A stretch of DNA of 64,000 nt from Mesotaenium endlicherianum (Eukaryota): NCBI GenBank assembly GCA_009602735.1, contig WELA01001462.1:84523-148522 (forward strand). The letters are read 5' to 3'. Shown here in pieces: positions 25,669 to 38,637 of the stretch. The position numbers were made by a program, and so were the translations under genes. Below the pieces are notes generated by a model. It saw only the letters and a program-made list of their open reading frames with translations. It did no database searches and had not been told where the DNA came from. How positions within the stretch are numbered: the stretch's first letter is position 1; every line of letters starts with the position of its first letter.

Positions 25669-26930
25669 AGTACTGAATCAGTTCATTATTTATTTAAATA
25701 ATTGCATATATAAATATAACACTAAATAAGTATTATGTCTATATACTCACATGTGCGAGTTCATCTAAATGAATGTATGTCGATGTAATGCGAGTTTACT
25801 TACTTTGTCAAAAAGGTCAGCAGGATGACTTTTGTATCATAGTGTGGTTTGCTGACATTGTTGAAAAAGTCACCAGGATGACTTCTGTATCATAGTATAG
25901 TTTGCTGAGATTTATATATCAGTTATATACAGGATATAATATCAGTAGGTTGACATATAGTAAGCTCGCTTGATATTAGTCAATATACTTAGCTTCAGTA
26001 CGCTGAGGATAGACATATTCATTTAGATTGTTATTTGTAGATTGGCACATGTGACCGTAGTATACTGAAAGTCGGGAGGTCGACTGAGATTCGGTAAACC
26101 GATGTCCTACCAGTGTGGTTGACTCCTGGGTAGGCGGAGTCGTCGTCAGTCAACTAAACAGTTAGGACTTCAATCAACCGACCAAGTAATATGGTCGTTA
26201 TACCTAGATCCGTGGGTCCCAACTTAACGGGTTTCCCACGAAACGGCGCACCTTGCGCCGTGGTCAACCAGGTGGTCACTAGGTACATAGCTGGCTGGGA
26301 TCTCGTGGTCCCTCATTCTGGACAGTAGGCTTTACAGTCGGATTTCTACTTGCAAGTGATGTGTGCACTTTTTGGGTTCGTTCTAATGACCAGCCTTCAC
26401 GGAAATTGCCATGGCTGATTCGTTTGCGCTTCATTTGGAGCGAACTAGGACTTTTCGGAAAGGTCTCGTCAAGATGCATCCGTTGCCGTTAAGTTTGCTC
26501 AATTTGGAGTTTTATTGGCAGAGTTATGCCCTCTGACATTTTGGGGTCACACAGCGGACAGATTCCATGGTTTTGCACCTAAGTCAGTGGGAAGTGTTTT
26601 AACTACATAATGGTCACCTGAATGAGAGCGCCTTTGCTATTCAGTCCCCTGATGTTGTGTATGTGCTTACACATGCTTGTATGCCTCGTAGGCAAGAGGT
26701 CATGAGTTTCTAAAGGAGAAGCTCTAGTCCTCAAGCTCGCCTCTTTCTTGTGCCTTGTATTCGCTTGCAACTATGGCACACTACGATAAATGAGTCAAGG
26801 GTTATAGTTGAGTAAACGGAATTCATTATAAGGGCGAAGATCGCTCCCTGATTTCACACGCTTCCACCTATCTCTGATTCTATATATTTACATGAAATAT
26901 ATTAATCTTGAATAGGCAACATTCATTTTA
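25669..26930 (+). mobile_element. Solo LTR (family C) inserted in E2 repeat A1'
   Basis: Homologous to 20081-21328; TSD TCAGG/TCAAG; empty site visible in A2' near 33990. Confidence 0.9.
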
Positions 26931-27880
26931 TCAAGGGTAAGTGGGGTTCCATAGTCCAGTCAGCCAAAAAGTTGACTAAGCTAAAGCCTGCAAGAATGAA
27001 CAGATCAGCCGAAAAGCTGACTAGGCTGAAGAGCCTGGAGGAAACGCCAAGTCAACTGCGAAGCTGACCGTGCTGCAGACATGCAGAAGTTGCCGAGTCA
27101 GAAGCGCAGACCGGACGGCGATCTTTGTCGCTGGACTTGGGCCAAGGTGGCCACGACTTAAGGAGCCACCCAAGGGACATGGGTTGCGACGTTACCCAGG
27201 CTTGCATGTAATCGAGAAGTTTAGTTGCTCGAGTGATAAACTCGAGATTGCATGCATGCGTTGTGTGCGAGGTGTGACGCAGCATGGGAACTCGAGAGAG
27301 AGAGAGAGAGGCCTGCATGCGTGGTGCCTGGGTAAGGCACAAGCGTTGCACGATCTCGCCGTGCAACATTCTTGCCGTGCACATTTGCCAAGGCAGCAGA
27401 AGAAGCGCAAGAGAGAGAAGAAGAGAAGAGAAGGGCACGAAGGAGAAAGGAGTTTCCAAGGCCACAGGAGAGCCAAGGAAGCACGCTCTAGCCAATGCTC
27501 GAAGATTACTTCTCTGTGTATTATAGAAAAGTTAGAGTTAAGGAGTTCCTAATAATGGATCTCTCCGATAGAAAGTAGCGAGAGCTTGCAAAATAGAATC
27601 TGCTAGGATTTCTAGCGCAGAGTTGGACCAGACACCACAAGCGTGCGAAAGCACATAATATGGTGAGTATTGTGTTAGTTTCCAAGTTCTCAGAAGTCTC
27701 TTTTGTCGAATTGTTGAAAGCAAGAGCATAATTAACCAGGAAGACTCTCAGGGAAGAGTTGAGTGAGCCTAGCCAGCAATGTGAATTACTAAGGTGCGAT
27801 GTTTGGCGAAGAGCTCAAACCAGGCTGGCATAGATGCCATAGTTTCAGAGTTTTGTAAGCTGTGATTTTGTGAAAGTTAA

Positions 27881-30800
27881 CACTAGGTCGACAATGGTGC
27901 CAAATGTGGACCTAGAACCAAAAAAAAGTACCACTGGAGGCCTATATTCAGCCACGTGTTTCTATACTTTTTTTTAATCAAAAGATAATGAGACTTGTAT
28001 GCCTGGAACCACAAAGATCTGAACTCAATCGAAAAAATAGTTTCAAAGCGAACGGACGAGTACTGACAAAGTTGTACGACTTTCTCGGCCAAGAAGCAGT
28101 AACAAAATCGAATAGATTAGGTCAATATTTTCTCACTCAAAAGCACTCTATACTTCTTTCTTGTGCCCTGTAACAGCCATGGCTGCCACTGCATCTTTGT
28201 CTAGAGGTGTCGTGGTAGGAATAGGCACTAGAATACTAAATCCTAGCAAGATTTGGGAGAAAGTATGGGCACAGCAATCGGATTGGAGTTTGAGCAATTT
28301 ATCTGATCGGAGAGCTTGAAGAGAGATCACTAAGTACTAAGAAAGTAAGTATAAGATATACTTTGCATATGATGGGAGTATAAGACATCGAAGAGTTTGT
28401 TCAGATTGCAGCACATTCCAAAAGTACCCGAAATAGAGGGGGTGAAGCCATATGAGGAAGTTAGGATCCGAGCTGAATCTAGCCCTAATTTGCTAAACCC
28501 TGCAGTTGAGAGCCCTCCTCAGATGAGAACAGGAATCACTATAGAAAAAGAGGAGACTGTTGTAGAGGATAGAGGGTCACCAGAGCTGTCAGATGAGGAG
28601 TTTGAAGTAGCAAATGACGAGGAGGAAGAAGATATGAAGCTGGTTAGAAAGAGGGGAAGGCCTATTAAGGATAAGGGACCTGCTTTTGATGTACCAAGTT
28701 GCAGGGAGGAGAAACAGTACAGAAAGGAGGCAGCCAAAGAAACAAGGAGGAAGAGATATAAGAGGGGATATAAACAGAAGAGAGGAGTAGACTCGGAGAG
28801 TGAGGAGCACAGCTCAGATCGGAGCTGGAATCAGAAGAAGAGCCCCTGCTGTGTGAAGATTTCGAGGAGGAAGAAGAAGCTGGACCAGAGTATGCCTGGA
28901 GAGAAGCTGAAGTGCCAGAGGGGTTGAAGAAACTCGTGAGCACTATGGGCACATGCTTGACCAGGATGAGAAGTGAGCACTTCAATCACTTCTCTCCATG
29001 GGCTGTGCTCTGCACGCTTGTTACAATTGATTGGTATGACATGATGTGCGCGGAGACCAACGCTTATGCAGCAGCTGAAGGGGCCAAGAAGTGGGTCATC
29101 CTTAGTACCACAGACCTCATTCTTTGGCATGGTCTTTGTATTGCCATGGCTCTCAACCCTTTGCCTAGATACACACACTATTGGAGGAGTAACAAATCTG
29201 GTCCCGTTCAATTTCCAGGCTTTGGAAAATGGATGTCTAGAGATGAATGGATTCAAATAAAGAGATACTTACATTGCAAATGCAGGTAGAAATGTATTTC
29301 ATAGGAATTCAGGAGAGTACATGTAGTGATTAGAGTTATAATATATTAGTTTGCATATATTATAATACTTTTGAATATATTTGGAGTAGTATTGTGTGGA
29401 GTCAAGTGTGAATAGATATTCTAGTGACTTGGTTCATGTCCTCTGAACCTTCTAAGGCATTTTCAAAGTTAGAGGAAGAACCTAGAAGAACTTCATGTGC
29501 CATTTTTAGGTCAAAAGGACATGTGTACATTATTCTAGAAAGAGGTGGCAAGTTTTGGGATGCGTTGGGTGCCAACACATCAACATGCACCTTCCTAGAA
29601 ATTACTTATGTAGCAAGTATATAAACAAGAGCTAGAACATAGAAAGATATTCCAGAATTACTCTTGTACTTGCCAAATTCCAGAAATATATTAACTTTCA
29701 AGAAGCCATCTCTCTTCCAAGAAGCTACCACTTGTGTTTGAAGATCCTTGTCTTGAATAGATAGAATATTTTATTTCACAAAGCACTTTATCTATCTGTT
29801 TCACTACAGTAGAGGCTGTGGCAGTGTCAGTCTGTTATAAACTTGCTAAAAGAAGACATTCACCACCTACTACAATCCGGGCCAGCACATGACCATAGAT
29901 GAGAGGCTAGCTCCAATTAGAAATAGAATGTGTCTTGTCAGAGTGTATTGTCCTAAGAAAGCATATAAATTTGGTATAGAAATCTTCACACTGGTTGACT
30001 CTATTACATACTACTGCTGGGACTTCATTGTGTATGATAAAATGAAAGTCATTGAGAGGAACACAAAAATAGTCATGGGCCTGGTCAGTACCTTGCCAGA
30101 AAATCAGACTTACAGTTTTGTTTTGAATAGAAGTTTTACATGTCCTTCTCTTCTCCAAAAGCTGTCAGAGTTGGGTCATGGAGCTACTGGAACTGTAGAG
30201 ATTAATAGGAAGCATTTTCCTAAGCATGACTTGAAGTTGGATGTGAAAGCAGACTATGGTAGTTTCAAAGCTCGAGGTCTGAATGTAGTAGAGGTTGAGA
30301 GAAGGCAGAAAGGAGGAGGGAAGAGAATTGTCCCTTGTCTTGAAATTATTTTTCATTACAACCAATACAAGGATGCAGTGGATCAGTGTGATAAGCTCTG
30401 CCTTCGCGACAACTACTCTGTTGAGACTAAATAGGTGGCTCAAAAGTGGTGGCATTGCCTGTAGTGGGGCCTGTATGATGGTGCTATTGCTAATGCTTTC
30501 ATCCTCTATCAGCTGGCTCACCCTGACAAGGACAGGTACTCCTTTATGCTTGAGTTGGTGGAGGAGATGACAACAGGGGTTCATTTTCGCGCCATGTTGC
30601 CGAGGGTTGCGTCTAATGGTAGCCAGTCAGGAATAGCAGGGGAGGCTAGATGGACTGCAAGGCACTTTTCTAACCATGTGCATAAGGGAGTGAGGGCTAA
30701 TTGTGTCATTTGCATGTCTAAGAAGTTTTATCAGGAAGCAGCAAAAAGGAAGACTAGGTGCCAGTTCATGTGTCCACCGTGCAACGTGCACATGTGTCTT

Positions 30801-31563
30801 GATACTTGTTTTGAGATCTTTCACACCACTAGAAACATCATGCATGTAGATGTTCCTCCATTTAGGCTCCTTAATGGCTTCTTGGACCAGCAGTAGTTGG
30901 GAGTTCAGAAAGATTAATAACACTATTATTTTTATGAGTAATAGGATGCATAGACTCCATTTTGCGACGCCTCGACTCTTGGGGCTGTTGCATCATATGC
31001 CCTAAATTTTTCTATGCACATTCTTGAGACATCAGTGGTGCAGTGTTGCTTAGTAATAGGTGAATACAACAAAACAAGAATCACTAAAATGCATGCAGTA
31101 TTTTTGGAAATATGTCAGAAATATTTTGCTGCTTCAACACCTTGCTCCTTAAGTTGTGGAACCACCCAAGAAAAACCTGGTGTCAATTTTGACACCAAAG
31201 TTTGAGAGGTTGCTGCTGTATTTGTAGTGAATGAATTGCAGATTTGTAAAGTGCAATGCACTCTACACACCATAGGGTAGGCTAGGAAAAATTTAGCAGG
31301 CACCACTTTGCTGTACTTTTCCGGATACTGCGGCTGAAAGAAATGTACTTTTTCCTCGCTCGCGTGCAGTCCCACTGAAAGTACCAAAAGTACCATACAT
31401 ACCGGCGCTAAAATTGGAATTCTTACATTGGCAGAAACCTTATTCAAATGTGCATGTGGACATGCATGGCTTGCTTGTACCACGTTAGTACTAATTTTAA
31501 TATGACATTCAAAAACAGCTCCCCGTGGTGTCAGTTCTGGTTCCACAAACAGTAAACCTAGTG
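27881..31563 (+). mobile_element. piggyBac-like DNA transposon PB1
   Basis: TTAA TSD (27877-27880, 31564-31567); TIR CACTAGGTCGAC / GTAAACCTAGTG; empty site GAAAGTTAAGC in other A copies. Confidence 0.92.
28179..30896 (+). pseudogene. piggyBac transposase, frameshifted, with an insertion at ~29285-29810
   Basis: ETNAYA, MSRDEWIQIKRYLH, YNPGQHMTIDE, PKKAYKFGIEIF, LNRSFT, GATGTV, YNQYKDAVDQCD, C-terminal Cys-rich CVIC..CPPCNVHMCLDTCFEIFH. Confidence 0.9.
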
Positions 31564-31722
31564 TTAAGCGAAAACCCTGGTGGGTGATTTTCTCTGAACA
31601 TTGGTGCTGTGTGTATGTGTTAACCTGCTTAGACGTGATTTTTGCAAACTTACAAATTTGTTCACTTGGTTAAACCGTCAACTTGGGCGAAAATCTATTT
31701 GGAAGTAAGGCACCCCTGTCCT

Positions 31723-31736
31723 ACTTCTGAGAACTT
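31723..31736 (+). promoter_or_regulatory. Self-priming type PBS of E2, ACTTCTGAGAACTT
   Basis: 14/14 reverse complement of 27684-27697 in the E2 LTR. Confidence 0.7.
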
Positions 31737-32096
31737 CAATTGAGTGGTTCAGGTAAACAAGAATTTCCAAGCAAATTGAGGATTGAGGCCTGTAAAGGCT
31801 GCCAATGCTCAACCTGGAAAGGGACTCGGGGAAATTGAACTGTACATGCGATTGAGGAGTGGAAGAATTTATCATTTTGTGGAGCCTGCAGAAGGCTCTG
31901 ATTCTAGCTAGTGCCCACGAAAAAGTAAGACATCTGAGCGGTCTGACAACTCGTGGAGTGAGCGACCATTGAGAGACGAGCCTCGCCGTATCTCTGCAAA
32001 CGGTGAGAATTCGTATAACGCACGTTTCTTTTCACCTGATTGGGCAAAGAACAAGATTTGTGGGTAAGAGTCAGTGAAACCTGGTCACCGATAGAT

Positions 32097-33970
32097 ATGG
32101 TTGATGATGACAAGGATGAAAATCCTAAGTTCAAGCTGTCCTCAAAATGCTTTAGTGGAAGAACCGGCGGAAATAATCTCACTTTCGAAGAGTTTGATAA
32201 GATCTATTAGGCGGATTTCTTTGAGAAGATCCAAAAGGATGCCTCATACACGTAGTCTGTTGCATTCATAAGTCTGGTTCAGTACTTGGACAAGGATGCC
32301 TTGCTATTCAATTGCCAATTCCGGAAGGATGAGGATCTTACCCAGGAATGGGCATTTGGAGAGCAAAGGAAGGCAAGGAATTTAAAAATCCAAAACGAGG
32401 CTGCATAAGCTCGTTTGTTAACTTTGTCGTTAGGTAGAGCAGTGCCTGCCGCACCTGTGGAGAGCGTAGACTTAGTTGCACTAATTGAAGAACTCACAGA
32501 GGCCATGCAACATCTTACAGAGGGTCAGCAGAGAGCGGCCAAGCAAAAAGATGATGCTGGGTTCGTCGCAGAATTGCGTAGTGTGTGCAGATTTGTCTGA
32601 AAGGATTACAAATGTCCAGGAACGAGTAACAGGCAGGGCTGCACCATTTAATGGGCAGCAAGGCGAGTGCCGCTATCGAGGCTAGTCAGGCGAAAACTCT
32701 GGCTAGTTGTCGAAGGAACATGGAAGCTGGCAAGGACCCGTTGGATCCTGAACACTATCTTTACCGTTTCTATAAATTGCTTGAACAGCGTTTTTCTGAG
32801 GATTACACTCTTAAGGTGCACCGTTATGTGCATTTTGTCCGTCAGAAGAACGAGACAATAATGGAGGTTAAGTCTAGATTGGTGGATCTTGCCAAAAAGG
32901 CAGGAATATACGAGCCCAGGGTTGTGGCTGACAAATTTCTGTTGTGCTTGGGCAAGGAAACAGAACGTGAAGTCAGGCCACATCTATCTGCGAGACGGGG
33001 AATCGATTGGGACATCGACAAAGCTGCTGAAATAGCACGCAATGTCGAGGAAGGTAAAGTTTGGTACAAGGAGGCTTCCAGGCTGCTTATGGCTCCCCAG
33101 AAAAAGGAGGATTCTCTCCTCCTAAGAACAACAGCTTTAATTTTCAGTTTAAGGAGAAGAGTGGGTCTTTCAATAGGTTTGCTAAGCACGCCAACATTGC
33201 TGAGACAGCAGAAGGTTGTTGGAATTGCGGGAAATTAGGACATCAGAAGAGAGATTGTCTGTACCCAAATGCTAAGCAATTATTTGCTAGCAAAGCGCAG
33301 GTATGCGCACATTGCAGCAAAAAGGGACACTCAAAAGATGAGTGTTGGTCTAAGAATCCAAATTTAAAGCCACCATGGGATAATGCTGCCACAAAAGAGG
33401 CAGAAAAGAGCAAAAAGAAAAAAAAGAATAACTCTGGTGACCGCAAGGGAAATCAAAAGTTTGATGCTATGAGTGCTGAGATTGCTGAGTTGAAAGCTCA
33501 ATTTGCAAAACTAAACGCACCCAATGTCTACAATGATGCAGATGTGGCAGAGAAAACCGCCTGCAAATGCAAGAAGCTGACGTCTGAGAAGATAACGATT
33601 GCAATGGCCAACGAGCGGACCGATTGGTACCCAGGAATGCTAGGAAGCTTCCACAGACCTTTCGGATCACCCTGGATGAGGAAGAGATCGCTCAGCTACG
33701 CCAAGCCCGCATTGGGTCACGCAAGACGTTCAATTTTTTGCTGGATAAGCTGAAAGCTTTGGTGGAACGGCGGATTCAACATACTCCTATGATCTCACGC
33801 GCTGAATTCCCTTTCACGGTCGAAGAGGTCGAGCGACAGCTGGATACGACTGATGAAGGTGCGAATAGCGCCTCATTGCCCGCAAATGTCAGCACTGGAG
33901 GAGTGCAAAATAAGGAGGGTGCATTAAAGTTCCACAACTGGCCTGCCCTTAATATTCTATTGGACACCAG
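32097..33970 (+). pseudogene. E2 gag and truncated protease
   Basis: Collinear with E1 13952-15845; CWNCGKLGHQKRDC, CAHCSKKGHSKDEC; breaks at ILLDT and jumps into repeat A. Confidence 0.9.
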
Positions 33971-34119
33971 AAGTCACGTCAAACCCGACGCTCAGGGGTG
34001 AGTGGGGTTCCACAGTCCAGTCAGTCGAAAAGGTGACTAAGCTAAAGCCTGCAAGAATTGACAGGTCAACCGAGAAGCTGACTAGGCTGAAGAGCCGGGA
34101 GGAAACGCCAAGTCAGCTG

Positions 34120-34482
34120 CCTAGTTTTAAAATACGGATACGGCCTGTACGGATACGGCATGTACGGATGCGTATATACGGGTGTGTCAAAATTATACTC
34201 AAAATACGCCAAAATACGCCAAGCATGTTTGCGGCTGTAACTTTTGGAAAGTTTGAAATTTGTAAATTTTGTCGATCGCGTTAGGTGGAAAATGACAAGC
34301 GCGTCAAGAATAGATGGTCAAAAAAATCTAAAAAAATGTCAACCATCCGCCTGTAGAGGGGAAAAAGTTATTTTGGTATTGAATTAAACAACCAATCACT
34401 ATTATTTCAAGTTTCTTTTTGATACGTACACGGAGGATCGGTACGGCAAGCTAGGCCGATACGCGAGTATTTTAAAACTAGG
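34120..34482. mobile_element. hAT-type MITE
   Basis: 16-bp TIR CCTAGTTTTAAAATAC; 8-bp TSD GTCAGCTG; empty site near 27050. Confidence 0.92.
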
Positions 34483-36399
34483 GTCAGCTGCGAAGCTGAC
34501 CGTGTTGCAGACATGCAGAAGTTGCCGAGTCAGAAGCGCTGATCGGATGGCGATCTTTGTCGCTGGACTTGGGCCAAGGTTGCCACGACTTAAGCAGTCA
34601 CCCAAGGGACATGGGTTGCAACGTTATCCAGGCTTGCATGCTAACCAAGAAGTTAAGCTGCTCGAGTGAAAAATTTTAGATTGCATATATGCGTTGTGTG
34701 AGAGGTGTGACGCAGCATGGGAACTCGAGAGAGAGCGAGGCCTGCATGCGTGGTGTCTGAGTAAGGCACAAGCGTTGCACAATCTCGCCTCATTCTTGCC
34801 GCACACATTTGCCAAGGCAGCAAAAGGAGCGCAAGAGAGAGAAGAGGAGAAAAGAAGGGCACGAAGGAGAAAGGAGTTCCCAGGGCCACAGGAGAGCCAA
34901 GGAGGCACGCTCCAGTAGACGCTCAAAGATTCCTTCTTTGTGTATCATAGAAAAGTTAGAGTTAAGGAGTTTGCAACAAGGGATCTCTTTGATAGAAAGT
35001 AGCGAGAGCTTGCAGAATAGAATCCGCTAGAGTTTCTAGCGCAAAGTTGGACCAGACACCACAAGCGTGCAAAAGCACATAAAATGAAGAGTACTGTGTT
35101 AGTTTCCAAGTTCTCAGAAGTCCCTTTTGTCGAATTGCTGAAAGCAAAAGCAAAATTAACCAGGGTGACTCTCAGTGAAGAACTCAGTGAGCCTAGCTAG
35201 CAGTGTGAATTGCTAAGGCGCGGTGGTGGGCGAAGAGCTCAAACCAGGCTGGCATAGATGCCATAGATTCAGAGTTTTGTAAGCTGTGACTTTGTGAAAG
35301 TTAAGCAAAGGCCTTGGTGGGCAATTTTCTCTAAACATTGGTGCTGTGTGTATGTGTTGATCTGCTTAGACGTGATTTCTACAAACTACAAATTTGTTCA
35401 CTTGGTTAAATCGTCAACTTGGACAAAAGCCTATTTGGAAGTAAGGCAATTCTGTCCTACCGTAAGAAAAACTGAAGGATTAGAATTTTTTTTGCAAAAT
35501 TTGCGAAGTCTTGAGAAGGAGTTATGAGGGGTTTGAGGGCAAAGGGAACAACACCTTACGGCAATTTCTCTCTGCATTTGCTCAAGTTCAGGAAAGCCAA
35601 AAATGAATCAACCTCAAGCAAGTCCCCACCGACACACGTGCTAAGGGCTATCGACTGGGGAAATTCCCACGTGCCAAGACGCACTGACCAGTCGACCAAG
35701 AAAAGCCCACATGCGAGGAGGACCACCGACACATTGACCAGGTCGACGGCACAAGTGCTGGAAAGCCACACACGTGCCAAGAAACCGGCACTGTTACGCA
35801 CTACATCAACGCTAAGTTGTTCTCAATTCTCATGTTACATAATAGCAAGGCCGATCAGTCACATAATAGCACCGACATGTGAAATTCAAGGCAGACCCTT
35901 TGAGTTGTAACCTCTCGTGAAGTTTGAAATATCCAAGAGTTTTTACCATATGTGGGTTCTGTTGTAATCGGCATGGAAAAGAACCCGCCTATTATTGATT
36001 CAAGTTGGCGGTTGAGACTCAAAAATATTTTTTAAGATGTTGTTCGAGTCGCGTTCGCCCAGGTCGCAATACCATTGCCGACACGCTAAGCCGAATCAGC
36101 CTTCAGATTTCTTGCTATTGGAGCCAATTGCCGGGGTTCAAGAACAAAACTGTCAGGCTTTAAGGGCAGCCACTCTTGATTTTGCTGTACCACTCCATGT
36201 GAACGCCAAATAGCCTAATGACGCGGGCAAAACCTTCTTGGGTAGCATAGCTGATCTGTCTCAGTTGACTTGCATCAAATGATTACAGATTGCTATACCA
36301 AGGAATTTTTTTCATAGATCGCCTGGGTACTGGCTTGAACGGTGTAGCCGTAACGATGGACAGTATGGCCAGAAGGAAAGAATCCTCAAACTATACATT

Positions 36400-38250
36400 T
36401 GAGACGGAATTTTGGTGGCACAATTGCGCATTGTGGTCCCAGAAGGCCAAGTAAGACATGTGCTACTACGAGAAGCACATGACTCTCCTTACTTGGGTCA
36501 CTATGATATTACCAAACCCATGATATTGCACCGAGGGACCTCGTGGTCGTCCCTCAAGGTTGATGTTGTTGAGTGCATCATCAACTGTGCGACTTGTTAA
36601 GGGAATACCCACGTAACAATATTAGTTTTCGTGAGAATAGTGAAGATCTTTTCTAAGCTTTTCAGAAAAAAGTTGTGCAAAAAGTGGACAAAAATGCAAT
36701 GACGAGAAGAGGTGCTCTCAGAGTTGCACTGAGATTGACTCTGCAAGTATTTATACTTGCCAACACGAGCCATCTGAGTGCGCTTGGCACTCCTGCGACA
36801 CCTATGTTGGGGGTTTGTGACAAGACAACTGTACTTGTTGAACGTGACACCTCTTCACGTGACATGTGAAAGGAGACAAACCTCTCCTTGGGAGGTTTCG
36901 TTATGACTCTTGGCTTATTCCAGGAGCCTCATGACTTTACGTAGGTGTCATAGTGCCTCTTGGTAATATAAGATATATTTGTAATATATATTGTATACTG
37001 CACTATATATAAATGTATTATACTTGATAATACGAAATACCACGTTATGTACTTTTGTAGTATACTTGATAATACAATGTATATAGCGAAATTAGTTGGT
37101 GGCTCCCATGGGCCACTTCAAAGGTGTTTTCTTTCGGGTCAACGATCAGCGTTAACCGAAAATAATGACAATCATTACGTCTTGTATCGGGTAGCACACT
37201 TGCCGTGGTACAGAGCTTTTGAGCAGTAGCCCATTGTTACGAATATTTTTGAACTTGGTCACTACAACTTAGTAGAATTTCTTCCTAGGTTCGTACAAAT
37301 TCCAACCAAAATCGTAACCTAGCCATTTGATCAAAAGTTCCACACGTGGAGGCTTATGACCAGTGTAGCGATGTCCTAAGACTTTCGCTACATCCCAGGC
37401 TTTATCATCATTGACGAGCTCCAATTCCGGTGCTTGTGGCTGATAGTGGACACTAGACCAAAACAGTGAAGTAGACCGCAAGCAAACACAGGATGCGTAC
37501 GCCCCATGGACTTCCAATTCCATTTGTTACGCCACAGGATGAATTGTGCAATAACGAAAAAAACGGCCTACCCAGGGGTGCAGGTACTTTGGCTTCCCTG
37601 GGTGCGTGAGTTGCAAGTTTTGAGTTTGCAAATGTACTTTATTGCCAACCTCAAAACTTAACTCTTTCCTGTGCGTGTCGACAAACTGTTTTTGCCAATC
37701 TGGGGATTTGGCTAAAACCAGCTTTGCCTGTTTGTGCAAGAAATGGACAACTTGGCGTACACTTGGAACTCTTGTTTACGACTTCGCCATCTCATCGTTA
37801 ACCACGGGAGTGAGAGGAGTGCGCGGATATCGCTTACTTACATTACAAGAAAAACAAACGGTATTTCCTTAACAAGTTCCTGAGAAAAATTACTTACAGC
37901 GAACTCTGCAACTAAGAGGAGGGTATCCCAATTGGCTGGTGAGGATTCACATTATGCTTGAGGAAATCATTGAAGAACGGGATTCATACGTTCTCTATGG
38001 CAATCGGTCTGAGGATGGAAGCTTGTCAAGATCATTCATGATCTTCTTGGCATACCATGTAACTTGAACACTTAATCGGCAGAAAAAGGCGCAATCCTTG
38101 TGCAACTAGTGATGGTTTAAGGGGCACAAAGTGTACCTAGCTGGTGAAGGTCACTACGATATTACGAAACCCATGATATTGCACCGAGGGGCCTCGTGGC
38201 CGTCCCTCAAGGTTGATGTTTCCGAGTACATTATCAACTGTGCGACTTGT
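36400..38250. pseudogene. Scrambled chromovirus integrase and chromodomain remnants
   Basis: + strand HHCC REAHDSPYLGHY..CATC (36412-36600, partly duplicated at ~38148-38250); - strand FEVGNKV..PWVG and chromodomain WDVAKVLGHR..LLIKWLGY..NLYEP (37269-37739). Confidence 0.75.
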
Positions 38251-38281
38251 CGGAGGAGTAGCCAGGCAATGCCTTGCCTGT

Positions 38282-38637
38282 TGTTGAAAATCATCGTCAA
38301 CCATTGCTCACTCTTTCTCGAGACAAGACAATCACTTCTCTTGCAGCTTATTCACAACACTTATAAGCATGCACATACAAGAGGAGCACACTTTTTCTTA
38401 GGCTCAACTCTTTCTTACTCAAGTGTGTCCTTACTCAACTTCTCTGCCTCTCTATATTCACAGTGGCGGCTGCTAACCTACCTCGAACTCATCAACAGTC
38501 CTAGTCATCCCAAACTCTAGATATCGACACGTACACCAAACATTGACTAGACTAGACCGACCACACGCACATGTCGACCATCACACAAGTGAACACATGT
38601 GTCACACAAGTAGAGCTTGGACTGCCTATTTTCTACA
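38282..38637 (-). repeat. Copia 3' LTR (356 bp)
   Basis: Minus strand TGTAGAAAAT...ATTTTCAACA, preceded by the purine tract GAGAGGGAG; diverged relative at ~58020-58270. Confidence 0.85.

Larger units (their letters stand above)
25498..35805 (+). mobile_element. E2: diverged relative of E1 with the same permuted layout, internally deleted, carrying three nested insertions
   Basis: TGTCGCGAC...GCACTACA termini; TSD TCAA at 25494-25497 and 35806-35809; A1' 25498-31722 (interrupted), gag, truncated PR, A2' ~33978-35460, B2' 35461-35805. Confidence 0.88.

Noticed and set aside
27881..27890. CACTA (En/Spm) superfamily call from the CACTA termini
   Set aside because: The 4-bp TTAA TSD and piggyBac transposase motifs contradict it.
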